Shown here: positions 17,694-27,689 of the stretch, in pieces
How positions within the stretch are numbered: the stretch's first letter is position 1
Layout of the letters: each line of letters opens with the position of its first letter
DNA from: Candidatus Bathyarchaeota archaeon
Lineage (GTDB): Archaea > Thermoproteota > Bathyarchaeia > Bathyarchaeales > Bathycorpusculaceae
Direction of reading: 5' to 3'
DNA length: 64,000 bases
Assembly: GCA_963717465.1 (NCBI GenBank)
Contig: OY970340.1
Coordinates: forward strand, 2,560,001-2,624,000
Program-made: the position numbers and the translations under genes
Notes under the pieces: generated by a model
Seen by the model: the letters and a program-made list of their open reading frames with translations, nothing else
Database searches by the model: none
What the model was told of the DNA's origin: nothing

Positions 17694-19070
17694 ATGAAAA
17701 AACTGTCAACAAACAAAAAAATTCTCAACATCCTATTAATTCTACTTCTCAGCCCATTCTTAACTCAAATAGTCCAAACAACTCACGCCCAAACCATAAA
17801 CCAAAACAATTGGGCAATAACTTTACAAGCCCAAAAAGCTGGACAAAACTCACCCAGCAACGTATTTGCCCCTTTTGACCAAATTCAACTGACCACAAAT
17901 GTGACATACAACAATGCCCCGCAACCAGACGTTTTAGTAACCTTCCAAGTCCAAGGTCCCTTTGGCTCGATTGATTTAATTAATATTACAAGAATCCAAA
18001 TGACAGACTCAAACGGCCAAGCAGGATTCTCATTCCGTTTACCAGACGAAAGCGAAAACCAATCCTTACTTGCAGGCACCTGGCAAGCCTCTGCTACAAT
18101 ACAAACAACCAACAATACATTGCAGCAAACCACAACGTTTACCACTCAATGGCCCATGCAAATAACATCAATGAACATTGCGACGGCACAGGGCCAAACA
18201 GTCTTTGCTCCAGGCAGTCCAGTCACAGTCCAACTGGCAATTAACAACACAGGGCAAGCCCAACCCGTAAACATAACACTCACTATGCAAGATGCAACAG
18301 GAAACATACTAGACCAAACCGAACTTCAAAATACTCAAATCGAAGACCAAACCAGTCTAACCCAAGTTCAAGGCACCATACAAATTCCAGACAACATAAC
18401 TTCAGGCGAAATAGCAGTTAACGCAGCGATATACTACGGAAACTATCAAAACACAGACATACCAATAGCTGCAAGCCAAACCGCCTACTTTGCAATCGGT
18501 GGCAGCGTAACCACACCAACTACAACTTCAACTCAAAACGCCATAAGCCTTTTCTCATGGCTTCTCATTTTCACAGGACTCGCCACATTCACGGCACTAA
18601 CACTTTTTCTTAGAAGAAAACATCTACCTAAAATAGGCGCAAAAACACCGTCTCCCATGCCGAGCTCAATCATAATAACTCCGTCAATAGGAGCAACCTT
18701 AGAGCAACCTTTGCAAACAACACCCGAAGGAGCCAAAACTAGTGAACCAGCATCGATACTAAGTCCGCTCCAGCAAGCTCTAAGATCCCAAGTACAGACT
18801 CAATTAAACCAAATCTCAGAAAGCGCAAACAGAATCCAAGCCTTGAAAGAAGAACTTGATTTAGAGAAAGAGAATTTATCCAAAGACTTGAGCCTACTCA
18901 GAAAAACAGTTGAAGAACAGCAAAAAATAGTAAAGAGCTACTTCGACGAAGTAACCTCAGAAATTGAAAAAATGGAAGACATCTTAAAAGATAAAGAAGA
19001 AAAAACAAAGAACAAAAATAAGACTAATTCAAACGGAAAAAGAAGTGAAACAAACAGCAATAATAAATGA
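17694..19070 (+). CDS. Single-pass membrane protein: extracellular shared module, TM helix, cytoplasmic coiled coil
   Basis: Signal peptide; GQNSPSNVFAPFDQIQL...TDSNGQAGFSFRLP...GTWQASA resembles the C-terminal module of the cohesin proteins; TM at ~aa 285-306; Glu/Lys/Gln-rich heptad tail. Confidence 0.75.
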   Translation: MKKLSTNKKILNILLILLLSPFLTQIVQTTHAQTINQNNWAITLQAQKAGQNSPSNVFAPFDQIQLTTNVTYNNAPQPDVLVTFQVQGPFGSIDLINITRIQMTDSNGQAGFSFRLPDESENQSLLAGTWQASATIQTTNNTLQQTTTFTTQWPMQITSMNIATAQGQTVFAPGSPVTVQLAINNTGQAQPVNITLTMQDATGNILDQTELQNTQIEDQTSLTQVQGTIQIPDNITSGEIAVNAAIYYGNYQNTDIPIAASQTAYFAIGGSVTTPTTTSTQNAISLFSWLLIFTGLATFTALTLFLRRKHLPKIGAKTPSPMPSSIIITPSIGATLEQPLQTTPEGAKTSEPASILSPLQQALRSQVQTQLNQISESANRIQALKEELDLEKENLSKDLSLLRKTVEEQQKIVKSYFDEVTSEIEKMEDILKDKEEKTKNKNKTNSNGKRSETNSNNK

Positions 19071-19250
19071 ATTCCCTTATAAAACTGATTTTGCAGTCAA
19101 CGCAATTAATTCAGATGCATTTTCGGCCAATAAGGGATAGCAACAAACAAGGAATATTGAATTCTTCTATATAGATTATGTGAAATATTATGGAAAAGAT
19201 AATCAGCAGACGCCAAAAACATCATTTGAACATTCAAGGGAGGGGAGAAG

Positions 19251-19829
19251 GTGAAAGAAACCCACGAAGGAAAATCCCACAAGAAATTACTTGCAATAAT
19301 TTTAGCGCTTGCAATTGTTACAATCACAATTATAAGCCTAATCGTTGTAATCCTCGCTGAACCAAAGTTAGCAACAGACGTACAATATCTATCTCCAACA
19401 AGTTATCCAGTGGGATCAACTGTAAGTACTGTGCTGGTTGTTTATGACCCGGGAGCGGACAATTCAGGAAAAAGCGTAGCGAGCCAAATAGCAAGTAACC
19501 TTCAGGCTCAAGGATACTATGTTGACTTGGCAGGCATCGACAGCTCAGTGGCAAAAGGCAACCTCGCCCAATTTACAGTCATAGTAGTTGGAGGCCCATT
19601 AGATAACAACGGGATGGCATCAAGTAAAGTCCAATCATACCTAAGAACCTTGGCTCCAGCAAATGGAACGAAAGTAGGCGTTTTTGGAGTTGGCAATTAC
19701 ATAGTGTTTAACAACAAGATAGCACCATTACCAGGCGGCAGCACTTTAGCAATTAAAGAAATACACGAGATAGATTTAAGCCAAGATACTACCCAAAGCG
19801 CTGAATTTATTACTCAACTGCTCAGCTAA
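19251..19829 (+). CDS. Membrane-anchored flavodoxin-like fold protein
   Basis: N-terminal TM; VLVVYDPG...GKSVASQIASNLQAQGYYVDL...VIVVGGP pattern. Confidence 0.6.
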   Translation: MKETHEGKSHKKLLAIILALAIVTITIISLIVVILAEPKLATDVQYLSPTSYPVGSTVSTVLVVYDPGADNSGKSVASQIASNLQAQGYYVDLAGIDSSVAKGNLAQFTVIVVGGPLDNNGMASSKVQSYLRTLAPANGTKVGVFGVGNYIVFNNKIAPLPGGSTLAIKEIHEIDLSQDTTQSAEFITQLLS

Positions 19830-20049
19830 TAAGTGCAAAAAATATTTTAACACCGAAAAGTTACCCATAGGGTTACAGGCGATAACAGGTTTGGCATCAA
19901 GGCATTGATACCTCCAAGTTCCTATCTGAAGAGTAAGAACCTTCATCTAAAACGTGTTCTACCATATCGCAATAGTATATATAACTTAACGTAAACTATA
20001 TAGAGAACATATTTATCAACGGCGAACCTTCGAGATAAACCAAAACTAA

Positions 20050-21105
20050 ATGGTATTTATATTGCAGCCCTCAAAAGTAAGCGAAGAATTAAGGAAGATT
20101 CAATTCACCGGCGGGTCAACATACATCATTTCATTACCAAAAAGATGGATAGAACAGAATCAACTGCAGCGAGGAAGCATGATCCGCCTAAGAGAAGAAG
20201 ACGGCGGCACCTTATCAATCGAACCTAACAGTGCAAGAATTCAAGATGAACAAAATGAAGCTTTTATCAAAATATCAGCTAAAGATTCCTCAGATCTAAT
20301 CATTCGAAAAATAATTTCCGCCTATCTAGTGGGCTTTAGCATAATTCATTTAAAAGCTGAAAGTCAAAAGCAAATTTCGTCAAAACAAAGATATGAAATT
20401 AAGAATTTTTCAAGACGCATGCTAGTTGGAACAGAAATTGTAACTGATACAGCTCAAGAGCTTACTATGCAAGTGCTCCTAAGTTATCCAGAACTCTCCG
20501 TTCAAAGCGCCTTGAATCGAATGAGTATAATAACAGCATCCATGCACAGAGATGCCATGACTGCGCTTAAATGTCTTGATTATCAGCAAGCCAAAGAAGT
20601 AATAATAACCGATAATGAAGTTGACCGATTCAGTCTCTACGTTGTAAGACAGCTTAAGACCGCAATTCAAAACCCAAGAATCATAAAAGAAATAGGTTTA
20701 CAAAACGCAAGAGACTGCTTAGGATACCGTTTAGTAGTTAAATCAGTTGAAAGAGCAGCAGACCACGCATCAAACATTGCAGAAAACATTCTAGCTTTGC
20801 AAAAGCCTCCAGAAAAAGACCTAGCTGAAAAACTTGAAAAAATGAGTACCATTGCAATTTCAATGTTTGAAACGGCCATAGAAGCACTATTCAGACAGGA
20901 TTACAACCTCGCAGAAAGCATCATTGAAAAAATCAAAGACGTTGAAAACATAGAACGTGACGCAGTTATTTTATCACATAAAATAGAAAGTGAACAATTA
21001 GTCTATCTTAGGCTGGCAATCGAAAGCATCCGCAGAACAGCCGAATATGCAAGCGACATCGCCGAATTTGTCCTAAACCTAACAATTAAATCAATTCTAA
21101 ATTAA
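20050..21105 (+). CDS. phoU: Archaeal phosphate uptake regulator (AbrB-type DNA-binding domain + PhoU repeats)
   Basis: RKIQFTGGSTYIISLPKRW; DNEVDR, ERAADHASNIA and RRTAEYASDIAE motifs. Confidence 0.92.
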   Translation: MVFILQPSKVSEELRKIQFTGGSTYIISLPKRWIEQNQLQRGSMIRLREEDGGTLSIEPNSARIQDEQNEAFIKISAKDSSDLIIRKIISAYLVGFSIIHLKAESQKQISSKQRYEIKNFSRRMLVGTEIVTDTAQELTMQVLLSYPELSVQSALNRMSIITASMHRDAMTALKCLDYQQAKEVIITDNEVDRFSLYVVRQLKTAIQNPRIIKEIGLQNARDCLGYRLVVKSVERAADHASNIAENILALQKPPEKDLAEKLEKMSTIAISMFETAIEALFRQDYNLAESIIEKIKDVENIERDAVILSHKIESEQLVYLRLAIESIRRTAEYASDIAEFVLNLTIKSILN

Positions 21106-21662
21106 CTCACACAAGATAGAAATAAAAAAAACAGATTCTAATAATTGGCAGCCTACATTCACAAGAAACAAGAGAAAATCAAGTTCTCCATTTGAAGATT
21201 TTCATTCAAGGCGCTCCTCTTCCTTAAGAATTTTGTGCCTCAAATTCATCACTAAGCAAGCGATAGTTTGGACAACATTTTAGCCCTTATAAGCCTTTGT
21301 TGTCGCTGCATTGATACAGCACATTTTTAATAATCAAAAGCAAGCAAAGGATTTGCAATAAACCTTAAGGGTGTTAAAAATGATAAAGAACATTGAAAAA
21401 ACATCCGACAACCACAAGAATCAATCTTTCACATCCATGGTTTACATGCCGCGGGTTCATGACGTGCGTTCCCCATGCCAATGGCTTGAAAACTGCCACT
21501 CGGGAAAATGCCTTGCGTTAACTAAAATTAACGGCAACTTTTACTGCGCGCGACCAGGCCAAATCCACACATAGAAACTTTCTCAAATGAAATAGTAAGA
21601 ATTAAATTTCGAAAACAATAAACTGTTGAAACAAGTCTTCTCAACTGCTGGGATTTAGGGAT

Positions 21663-22148
21663 ATGAAACAAAGGGAATCATGCGAAAACACTGATTATAC
21701 AGACGGCTTTAAGATTTCTCGAGAAAAGGATGGCTCTTTTGTAGCTGTTAAAGGTAAATATAGACTCAAGGCAAAATCTGCCAAAGAAATCAAAGAGTTA
21801 ATACAGAACTTCCATGAACCGTCTGCTGACAAAACAATAAAACATACAGCTAAGGCAGGAAGCTCTCATGATGAATGCGTGAGAACTATTGCTGAAGATC
21901 TTAAAAAAGACAATTGGCTGGTTAGGGCGAACACTGAAGGCTATGAAAAACCCGTAGAAATCGGCGACCGCATCCCCGATATAGTGGCACATAAAGGTTG
22001 CCAAAAAAGGATCTGCCAAATAGTATCCAAAAAAGACTTTGAAGGAGACATAGCAAATTACCGAGACTTTAGAAACTACTGCAAAGACTACGACTTTCAA
22101 TTATACATTGTTGACAAGAATGGCAAACCAAAAAACGTTGAGTTCTAA
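21663..22148 (+). CDS. Hypothetical protein, possible restriction-endonuclease-like C-terminal fold
   Basis: Charged 161-aa ORF with HDECVRTIA...RIPDIVAHKG motif. Confidence 0.55.
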   Translation: MKQRESCENTDYTDGFKISREKDGSFVAVKGKYRLKAKSAKEIKELIQNFHEPSADKTIKHTAKAGSSHDECVRTIAEDLKKDNWLVRANTEGYEKPVEIGDRIPDIVAHKGCQKRICQIVSKKDFEGDIANYRDFRNYCKDYDFQLYIVDKNGKPKNVEF

Positions 22149-22273
22149 TTTCAAAAACTGCATCGGCATGCGGCACTTGACCGCAGGCAAATGTCACTAT
22201 CGCTTTGTCCGTAGCTAGCACAAAACGTGCTCTTGCCATATGAAAGAAAACAAAAAAAAGGAGAAGTGTACGT

Positions 22274-23500
22274 TTACTTTGGAGCTGGCGGCGAACTACT
22301 TTTCCGTCTCAACATCACCAGCGCCAGCAAAACAACCACTACTACAACAACTACAACCGCAATCGCCCAGTATGGAAATGAACTAGAAGAACTCGCATTC
22401 GAGCCGCTAGGACTTGAAGAAGCGGTTGGGCTCGCAGTCGGAGTCGGCGTTGTACTGCCAGATGCCGTTGCAATTGAAGAATCAGAGAACACCATCAGTT
22501 CGCTGTCAGTGGATCCGAATGTTTCACCCTTGCCAGAATCATAAACCGCCTGATAACCGTAGATGCTGGCTGGAAGATTTGCAATCACCTGGTATGTGCT
22601 GTCCGATATTACTTGACCGCCGATGAATATCCATCCTTTACCCGAATCATACGCTGCATTTGAGAAACCTCCTGTTACGCCAGTTATGTTTGCTACCACA
22701 TTATAGTTGCTGTCATCTATGGCTGAAACGACGTAGCCGCTGTTATAAGTGAGTGCGAATATTTCGTTTTTGACTGGATCATAAGCTAAAGCATATGCGG
22801 TCATGTTTATGGTTTTAACCACCGTGTCGTTATTATCCGATATAACTGCTATACCGCCTGGCAAACCCTCAACGCCGCTATATGCAACAAAGATTTCGCC
22901 CGTGCCATTATCATAAACCAAACTTCCAAGACCTCCTCCCACGCCTATACTTGTAAAGACGATGTTGCTGCTATCGTTTATGACGTAGACACTCGAAGTG
23001 TAACCGTAAGTATCGGTTACGAATATCTCGCCTTTACCAGAATCGTAAGCCATCTGCCCAGGTTGGCTCGGAAAGAGGTCTGCTGAGTCTCCTGGTGAAG
23101 AATATGTTATGCTATCGACGATGCTGTTGTTGCTGTCCGAGATAACCGTGATCAGTGGATTAGTGTATTCTGATGGTGAAGCGCTCCCTGAAGAGGCAAA
23201 TATTTCGCCTTTGCCCGAATCATACACTAAGCCATTATTATAACTGTTTGTAACTCCTATGGTTATGTTTGCAGGAGCCTTGTTTGTGGTGTCATTAATA
23301 ACTGAGACAAAGCCATCGCCGTATATATCACCATATTGCGCGAAAATTTCGCCTGTATTGTTATCATAAGCCAAGTTGCCTGTGAGTGCTATCGTACGAG
23401 TTGGCGTAAGCGTTGAAGTCGCACTTGCAAAATTTACTGATGACAAAGCAAAAACTGCAATGAATAATATACCTAATATTTCCCAAATTTTATACTTCAT
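22274..23500 (-). CDS. Membrane-anchored YncE/YVTN-like beta-propeller surface protein
   Basis: Signal peptide; about seven repeats of (A/V)YDSGKGEIF...VxVIxDxxNxVV; S/T/P linker; C-terminal TM and RRK. Confidence 0.85.
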   Translation of the reverse strand: MKYKIWEILGILFIAVFALSSVNFASATSTLTPTRTIALTGNLAYDNNTGEIFAQYGDIYGDGFVSVINDTTNKAPANITIGVTNSYNNGLVYDSGKGEIFASSGSASPSEYTNPLITVISDSNNSIVDSITYSSPGDSADLFPSQPGQMAYDSGKGEIFVTDTYGYTSSVYVINDSSNIVFTSIGVGGGLGSLVYDNGTGEIFVAYSGVEGLPGGIAVISDNNDTVVKTINMTAYALAYDPVKNEIFALTYNSGYVVSAIDDSNYNVVANITGVTGGFSNAAYDSGKGWIFIGGQVISDSTYQVIANLPASIYGYQAVYDSGKGETFGSTDSELMVFSDSSIATASGSTTPTPTASPTASSSPSGSNASSSSSFPYWAIAVVVVVVVVVLLALVMLRRKSSSPPAPK

Positions 23501-23679
23501 GAGCTATCCTTCCCTTGCCTTTTGAAGCGAACATTATTAATTTAAGGCTTACGCTTGAATGTATATGACGGACCAAAAATAAATTTTAGATGCCTCACAA
23601 AATGCCTAGCAAAAATATTGCAAAATTTACTCTCAAACTTGCTAGCTCAAGAACCTAAAAAAACAAAAAAACGAGGTTT

Positions 23680-24147
23680 TTAGCTGTTGCCATTAATTAT
23701 GATGTTTACGCTAAAGGTTGTGACACCGCTGATAGTAGATAATATGCTAAGGGTTAGCGTCGCGTTCGTTACTTGATTAGCGGCTAATGTTGCTCCTTCG
23801 CGGTTCCAAGATAAAGTAAGTGGTCCATTAGCAGTTGTCGGATTCCAGTTAGTGCTTGTTAGATTCAAAGTGAGTTGAGTATTACCAACATTTTTGATAT
23901 AAATAATTTCGGTTACGGAATTCCCTGCGGTAACGTTGCCCCAATTTATCGATGACAAAGACTGAGTGCACGCGCTGTCAGAGTAAACTCTCAAAGTCCC
24001 AGTTGCTAGAACTCCGCTTGACGGAATATTTGCCGATGAAACTGGCGCCCCTGAAGAAAGAACAGCCAACACCATACCAATTGTCACTGCAGTAACAGCA
24101 ATTAACACAATCCATTTTTTTAAGTTCAAGTCTTCCTTCTCCTGCAT
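23680..24147 (-). CDS. Secreted/anchored hypothetical beta-sandwich protein
   Basis: N-terminal hydrophobic helix; VYSDSACT...INWG...YIKNVGN beta-rich domain. Confidence 0.7.
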   Translation of the reverse strand: MQEKEDLNLKKWIVLIAVTAVTIGMVLAVLSSGAPVSSANIPSSGVLATGTLRVYSDSACTQSLSSINWGNVTAGNSVTEIIYIKNVGNTQLTLNLTSTNWNPTTANGPLTLSWNREGATLAANQVTNATLTLSILSTISGVTTFSVNIIINGNS

Positions 24148-25005
24148 ACATCTTTATGAAATCAGTCAATAAACATTAGTGTACAAATAAAAAACGGATA
24201 AACACAAAAACAATAAAGCGCTTAGAAGCTTGGGGAACAATACTTAAGGAAGGCAAAACTGGCGATAAACTCACTGGCTTAACAAGTTCAAATTTTAACC
24301 CTCCTTGCGTCAACATAATGGTTTAATTTGCATTATCTGTAGCTTAATGATCGGTAACGCATGTAGAGTAAATAACGCCCAGGCAGAATCTAAACAATTA
24401 CCTAATTAATTGGTTATTTCAAGTTTTGATTTGAATACTTATTCAATATCTATAACAATTTTAGACAAAACGATATTTTTTAAGCAAGACTCACAATTAC
24501 TTATTTAGGAAGAAAGATCAATGTCAAAAGAAGAGTTTTGGATTCCACTGTCGCATGGAACAATTTCACGGTTTCAGAATTAGAGGAGATTATTGGCCTT
24601 GCATGGCCTTAGAACAGCTAGGCATCGCCAAGACGAGAACATGATTGCATCTATTAAACGAGATATAAGTCTAAGAGAAAAGAAATTTAAGAAAAATGAT
24701 GAAGGCTTGAGGTCAATATCTAGAACTCAACCATTTGAAGAAAGCCTGTTAGTTGCAAATGTTTAATCGTTTAAAGCATTACTAGCCACCTACTAACTCA
24801 TTGAACCCCAAAATAAATCAATCTAGAGTAAACAATGCATGCAGAAACAGAGCATAGAGCAAGCAGTTACATTAATAATTGCAAAAATATTCTAAAAAAT
24901 CACTTTTCAAAAAATCTTGTGACTGCAAGTTTGTTGCCACATAAGAATAAATTACTTGCATTTCTAAAATAAAATAGAAGTTGCCAAATAGATGGAGGTG
25001 ATTTT

Positions 25006-25275
25006 TTGGATCAGGAAAAAGAATGCGGTCATGGTCCATGGGAAGGCCACGGCATGATGCCTTGGCAAAAGCCTGAGATGGGCATGGGCATGATGGGTAT
25101 GAAGATGGGCATGTTGCTGTCGGGTATGCGTTGCCCAGTTTGTGGTGAAATGTTGCTTAAGCCGACAAAGGAAGAATTGATTGCAATGATGGAGCGCAGA
25201 AAGAAAAGGCTTGGGGCAGTAATCAGCCACCTAGACAAGGAAATTGAGAAATTGAAAGCATCTCCAGAAATGTAG
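25006..25275 (+). CDS. Small Met/Gly-rich protein with CPVCG motif and C-terminal coiled coil
   Basis: GGAGGTG SD before TTG; CPVCG; KEELIAMMERRKKRL...EIEKLK. Confidence 0.65.
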   Translation: MDQEKECGHGPWEGHGMMPWQKPEMGMGMMGMKMGMLLSGMRCPVCGEMLLKPTKEELIAMMERRKKRLGAVISHLDKEIEKLKASPEM

Positions 25276-25399
25276 CGAAAAATCCTTAACTTATATTCTT
25301 CGTGTCCTTTCACCTAGTTTTTACATTTTTTAGCAATATAGCATTCTTCTAAATTATCCTGCAATAAGATAACAAATGAGGATAGGTCTAACTATTTTC

Positions 25400-25903
25400 T
25401 CAATTGAATTTTATTAAAGAAGAAGAGGGTTGAGCCGTTCGTGTGTTGCTATCTTTCCTATCGATCCCGCTTAATCCTATGTAAAGTAATGAAATAATAG
25501 GCACAATGAAGCCGAAGGCTGCACTTGACTGAAGTGTATATCCCCAAATGTCAAAGCCTATTGTTGAAGCGCTGGTTATTATAATTGCCCAGAAACCCCA
25601 CGATTGATTGCTCAAAAGACCAAAAGCTGCAACGAGTCCAAATACACCCAGTGTAGAAAACATCACGAACAAGAATACTGAGGTTTCATAGGTTACTTGA
25701 TTATTTAAAAACTTTAAAAACTGGCCCATTCCACTAGGCATTCCGGCTACAGAAAAAAACAGTCTTCCTATAGACTGAAAGACCCATAGGAGTGCGATAA
25801 AAACAGCACCTTTCCTATGCATTGCAGAATTTCTGCTGCGATTTGCGGAGGAAAGGCTTTCGTGCAGATTTATCATATCACAGTTCACCTCCAAGCTCAT
25901 CAT
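25400..25903 (-). CDS. Hypothetical 4-TM membrane protein
   Basis: Four hydrophobic segments; true start may be downstream (MHRKG). Confidence 0.65.
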   Translation of the reverse strand: MMSLEVNCDMINLHESLSSANRSRNSAMHRKGAVFIALLWVFQSIGRLFFSVAGMPSGMGQFLKFLNNQVTYETSVFLFVMFSTLGVFGLVAAFGLLSNQSWGFWAIIITSASTIGFDIWGYTLQSSAAFGFIVPIISLLYIGLSGIDRKDSNTRTAQPSSSLIKFN

Positions 25904-27383
25904 TCACAAAATCTAAAATTGGCACGACTGCTTCTTTTCTATTCCAATCCACTGTTTTGTGCAAAAATGCAAGTTGTTTTTTAGATTTTTCGTCTTTATT
26001 TAACCAAACATCGAATCTGAGCTTTCTAATGGGACCAAAGTTCATTAGGAATTTATCTTTGAAGTCTAACTTGCTGTAGTCGTAAGCGCCAGGCAGGGGG
26101 AAATACTTAATCTTACGTCTAATTTCAGATGGAAGACTTAAATCGATTGCCGTTTGTTGTTTTGGGTAAATCTCAGACTCGCCTGTTGAGGCAAAAACAA
26201 CGACGTTCTTCTTGCTCATCAAGCTCCAATTGTGCTTTATGAATTCGATTCCTTTGATTTTTCCCCTATGAACAAACGACCCAAATATTACCGTTGCGCA
26301 ACTGTCAAGAGTGGAAGAGTTAAAGTTTGAAACATTAAACATTCTTGCGCCCAATTCTTCTTAAATCCATTTAGCATAGCGCTTGGTCGTTCCGTACTTA
26401 GATCTGTAGACGACGATTATGTCCCTTCTTTTTGATTTTCCAACGGTATCAGTTTCTTTTTCATCATTGGTTTTTGCCCGCCATAAATGAGTTCTACTTG
26501 GCAATTTTGTCCTAATCAGATAGAAGAGACCGGCGTATGCAAGTATCGCTAGCACTGGAAAAATTACTATTCCTGTTGTTCCAGATCCTATAGTTACCGT
26601 TGGATCGCGATTAATTACTTCGATGACTGCACTTGCGTTGACTGCAGTGGCAAGCGTGATGAAGAAGCCGAAGAAAAGCAACAGCAAGGGATAAGCCTTT
26701 TTTGGCTTAGACAGCAAGAGCAAGAGTGACAGAAAGCCAACAGGAATTGTAATTCCAAGATCCATGAATTTTACCATCCACCAGGAGGTCGGTGTTGCCA
26801 GGTAATCGCCTGTCAATGTATTGCCAGTTGAAATAACTTGAGCAACTTGGGAGACCCACATAAATGCAAACATTAGCAGGAAAACTGACATAATCCCAAC
26901 GTATATTCGAAGTACTTTAGGATTGAAGATAGGAGCATCTTTACTTGTAAATCTAGTTAGTGTACCTATGAGTAATATTAAGCCGCCCACCGTCAAAAGA
27001 AGGAACAAGCCACAGAATGCTTCAGAATTCCCAACATATGCAGGATTTCCCCATTCCTGTCCTATACCATATTCCAGTCCAGAGTACATCAGCATAATTG
27101 GCGACAAAATCAAGAAGTACTTAGAACCATCTTTTTTTAGAAAGTCGAGGATTTCACCCGTAATTAAAATTGGCACAAGAACGATTAAGTTCGTAATGTC
27201 GAAAGCTTCTGTTTGCCAAATTCCGGATAATGATGTTCTATAATGAATAACATTGAGCATTGCTGGTCCTAAAAGCGCTATCAATACAAGAGTTACAGCA
27301 CAAACAAACGCGGTAATACCTACTACTTGACGTGGAATCAAATCATCGTTCTCAGCTGTCAATGACTTACTTCCTCCTTTCAA
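25878..27383 (-). pseudogene. Multi-pass membrane protein fused to a HemG-like flavodoxin domain, interrupted by an in-frame TAA at 26361-26363
   Basis: IIVVYRSKYGTTKRYAKWI*EELGA continues in the same frame into VIFGSFVHRG...LPGAYDYSKL; about eight TM helices upstream. Confidence 0.7.
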
Positions 27384-27609
27384 TTAGTTTTTTTATCTCA
27401 TTTTCAGTGATGCAAACTCTTAGAATCCCCTTGTCGCCAATAACCTCTAGAACAATGCCTTCGGCAAGTCTCGCGCTTTGAAAATGTCCAATTGTGCCTT
27501 CAACCAGCACATTTTCTTGGGAGGCATTCGTCATGCTGACGCTTTTGAGGTTAACTTTTGATTTAAGTTGGATTGAGAACGAACATTCTTTAGTTAAACT
27601 ATTTTTCAT
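27367..27609 (-). CDS. Small hypothetical protein
   Basis: 80-aa ATG ORF overlapping the start of the next gene (VLVEGTIG...VLEVIGDKGILRV). Confidence 0.7.
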   Translation of the reverse strand: MKNSLTKECSFSIQLKSKVNLKSVSMTNASQENVLVEGTIGHFQSARLAEGIVLEVIGDKGILRVCITENEIKKLIERRK

Positions 27610-27689
27610 AGCATTTTCCTCAAGTAAAGCTAAGGGTTAAGAAAAAGTGATTAGGTTTATTCGACAAGCATGTTTAATATTACACATTA

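Noticed and set aside
21371..21574. Small Cys-containing ORF
   Set aside because: No recognisable metal-binding spacing or clear SD; cannot be supported.
24521..24670. Possible gene remnant (EQFHG...ALEQLGIAK, faintly FmdE-like)
   Set aside because: Fragmented by stops and similarity too weak to call.
26361..26363. Selenocysteine or pyrrolysine recoding
   Set aside because: The stop is TAA, not TGA or TAG, and the aligned residue is normally a small amino acid.
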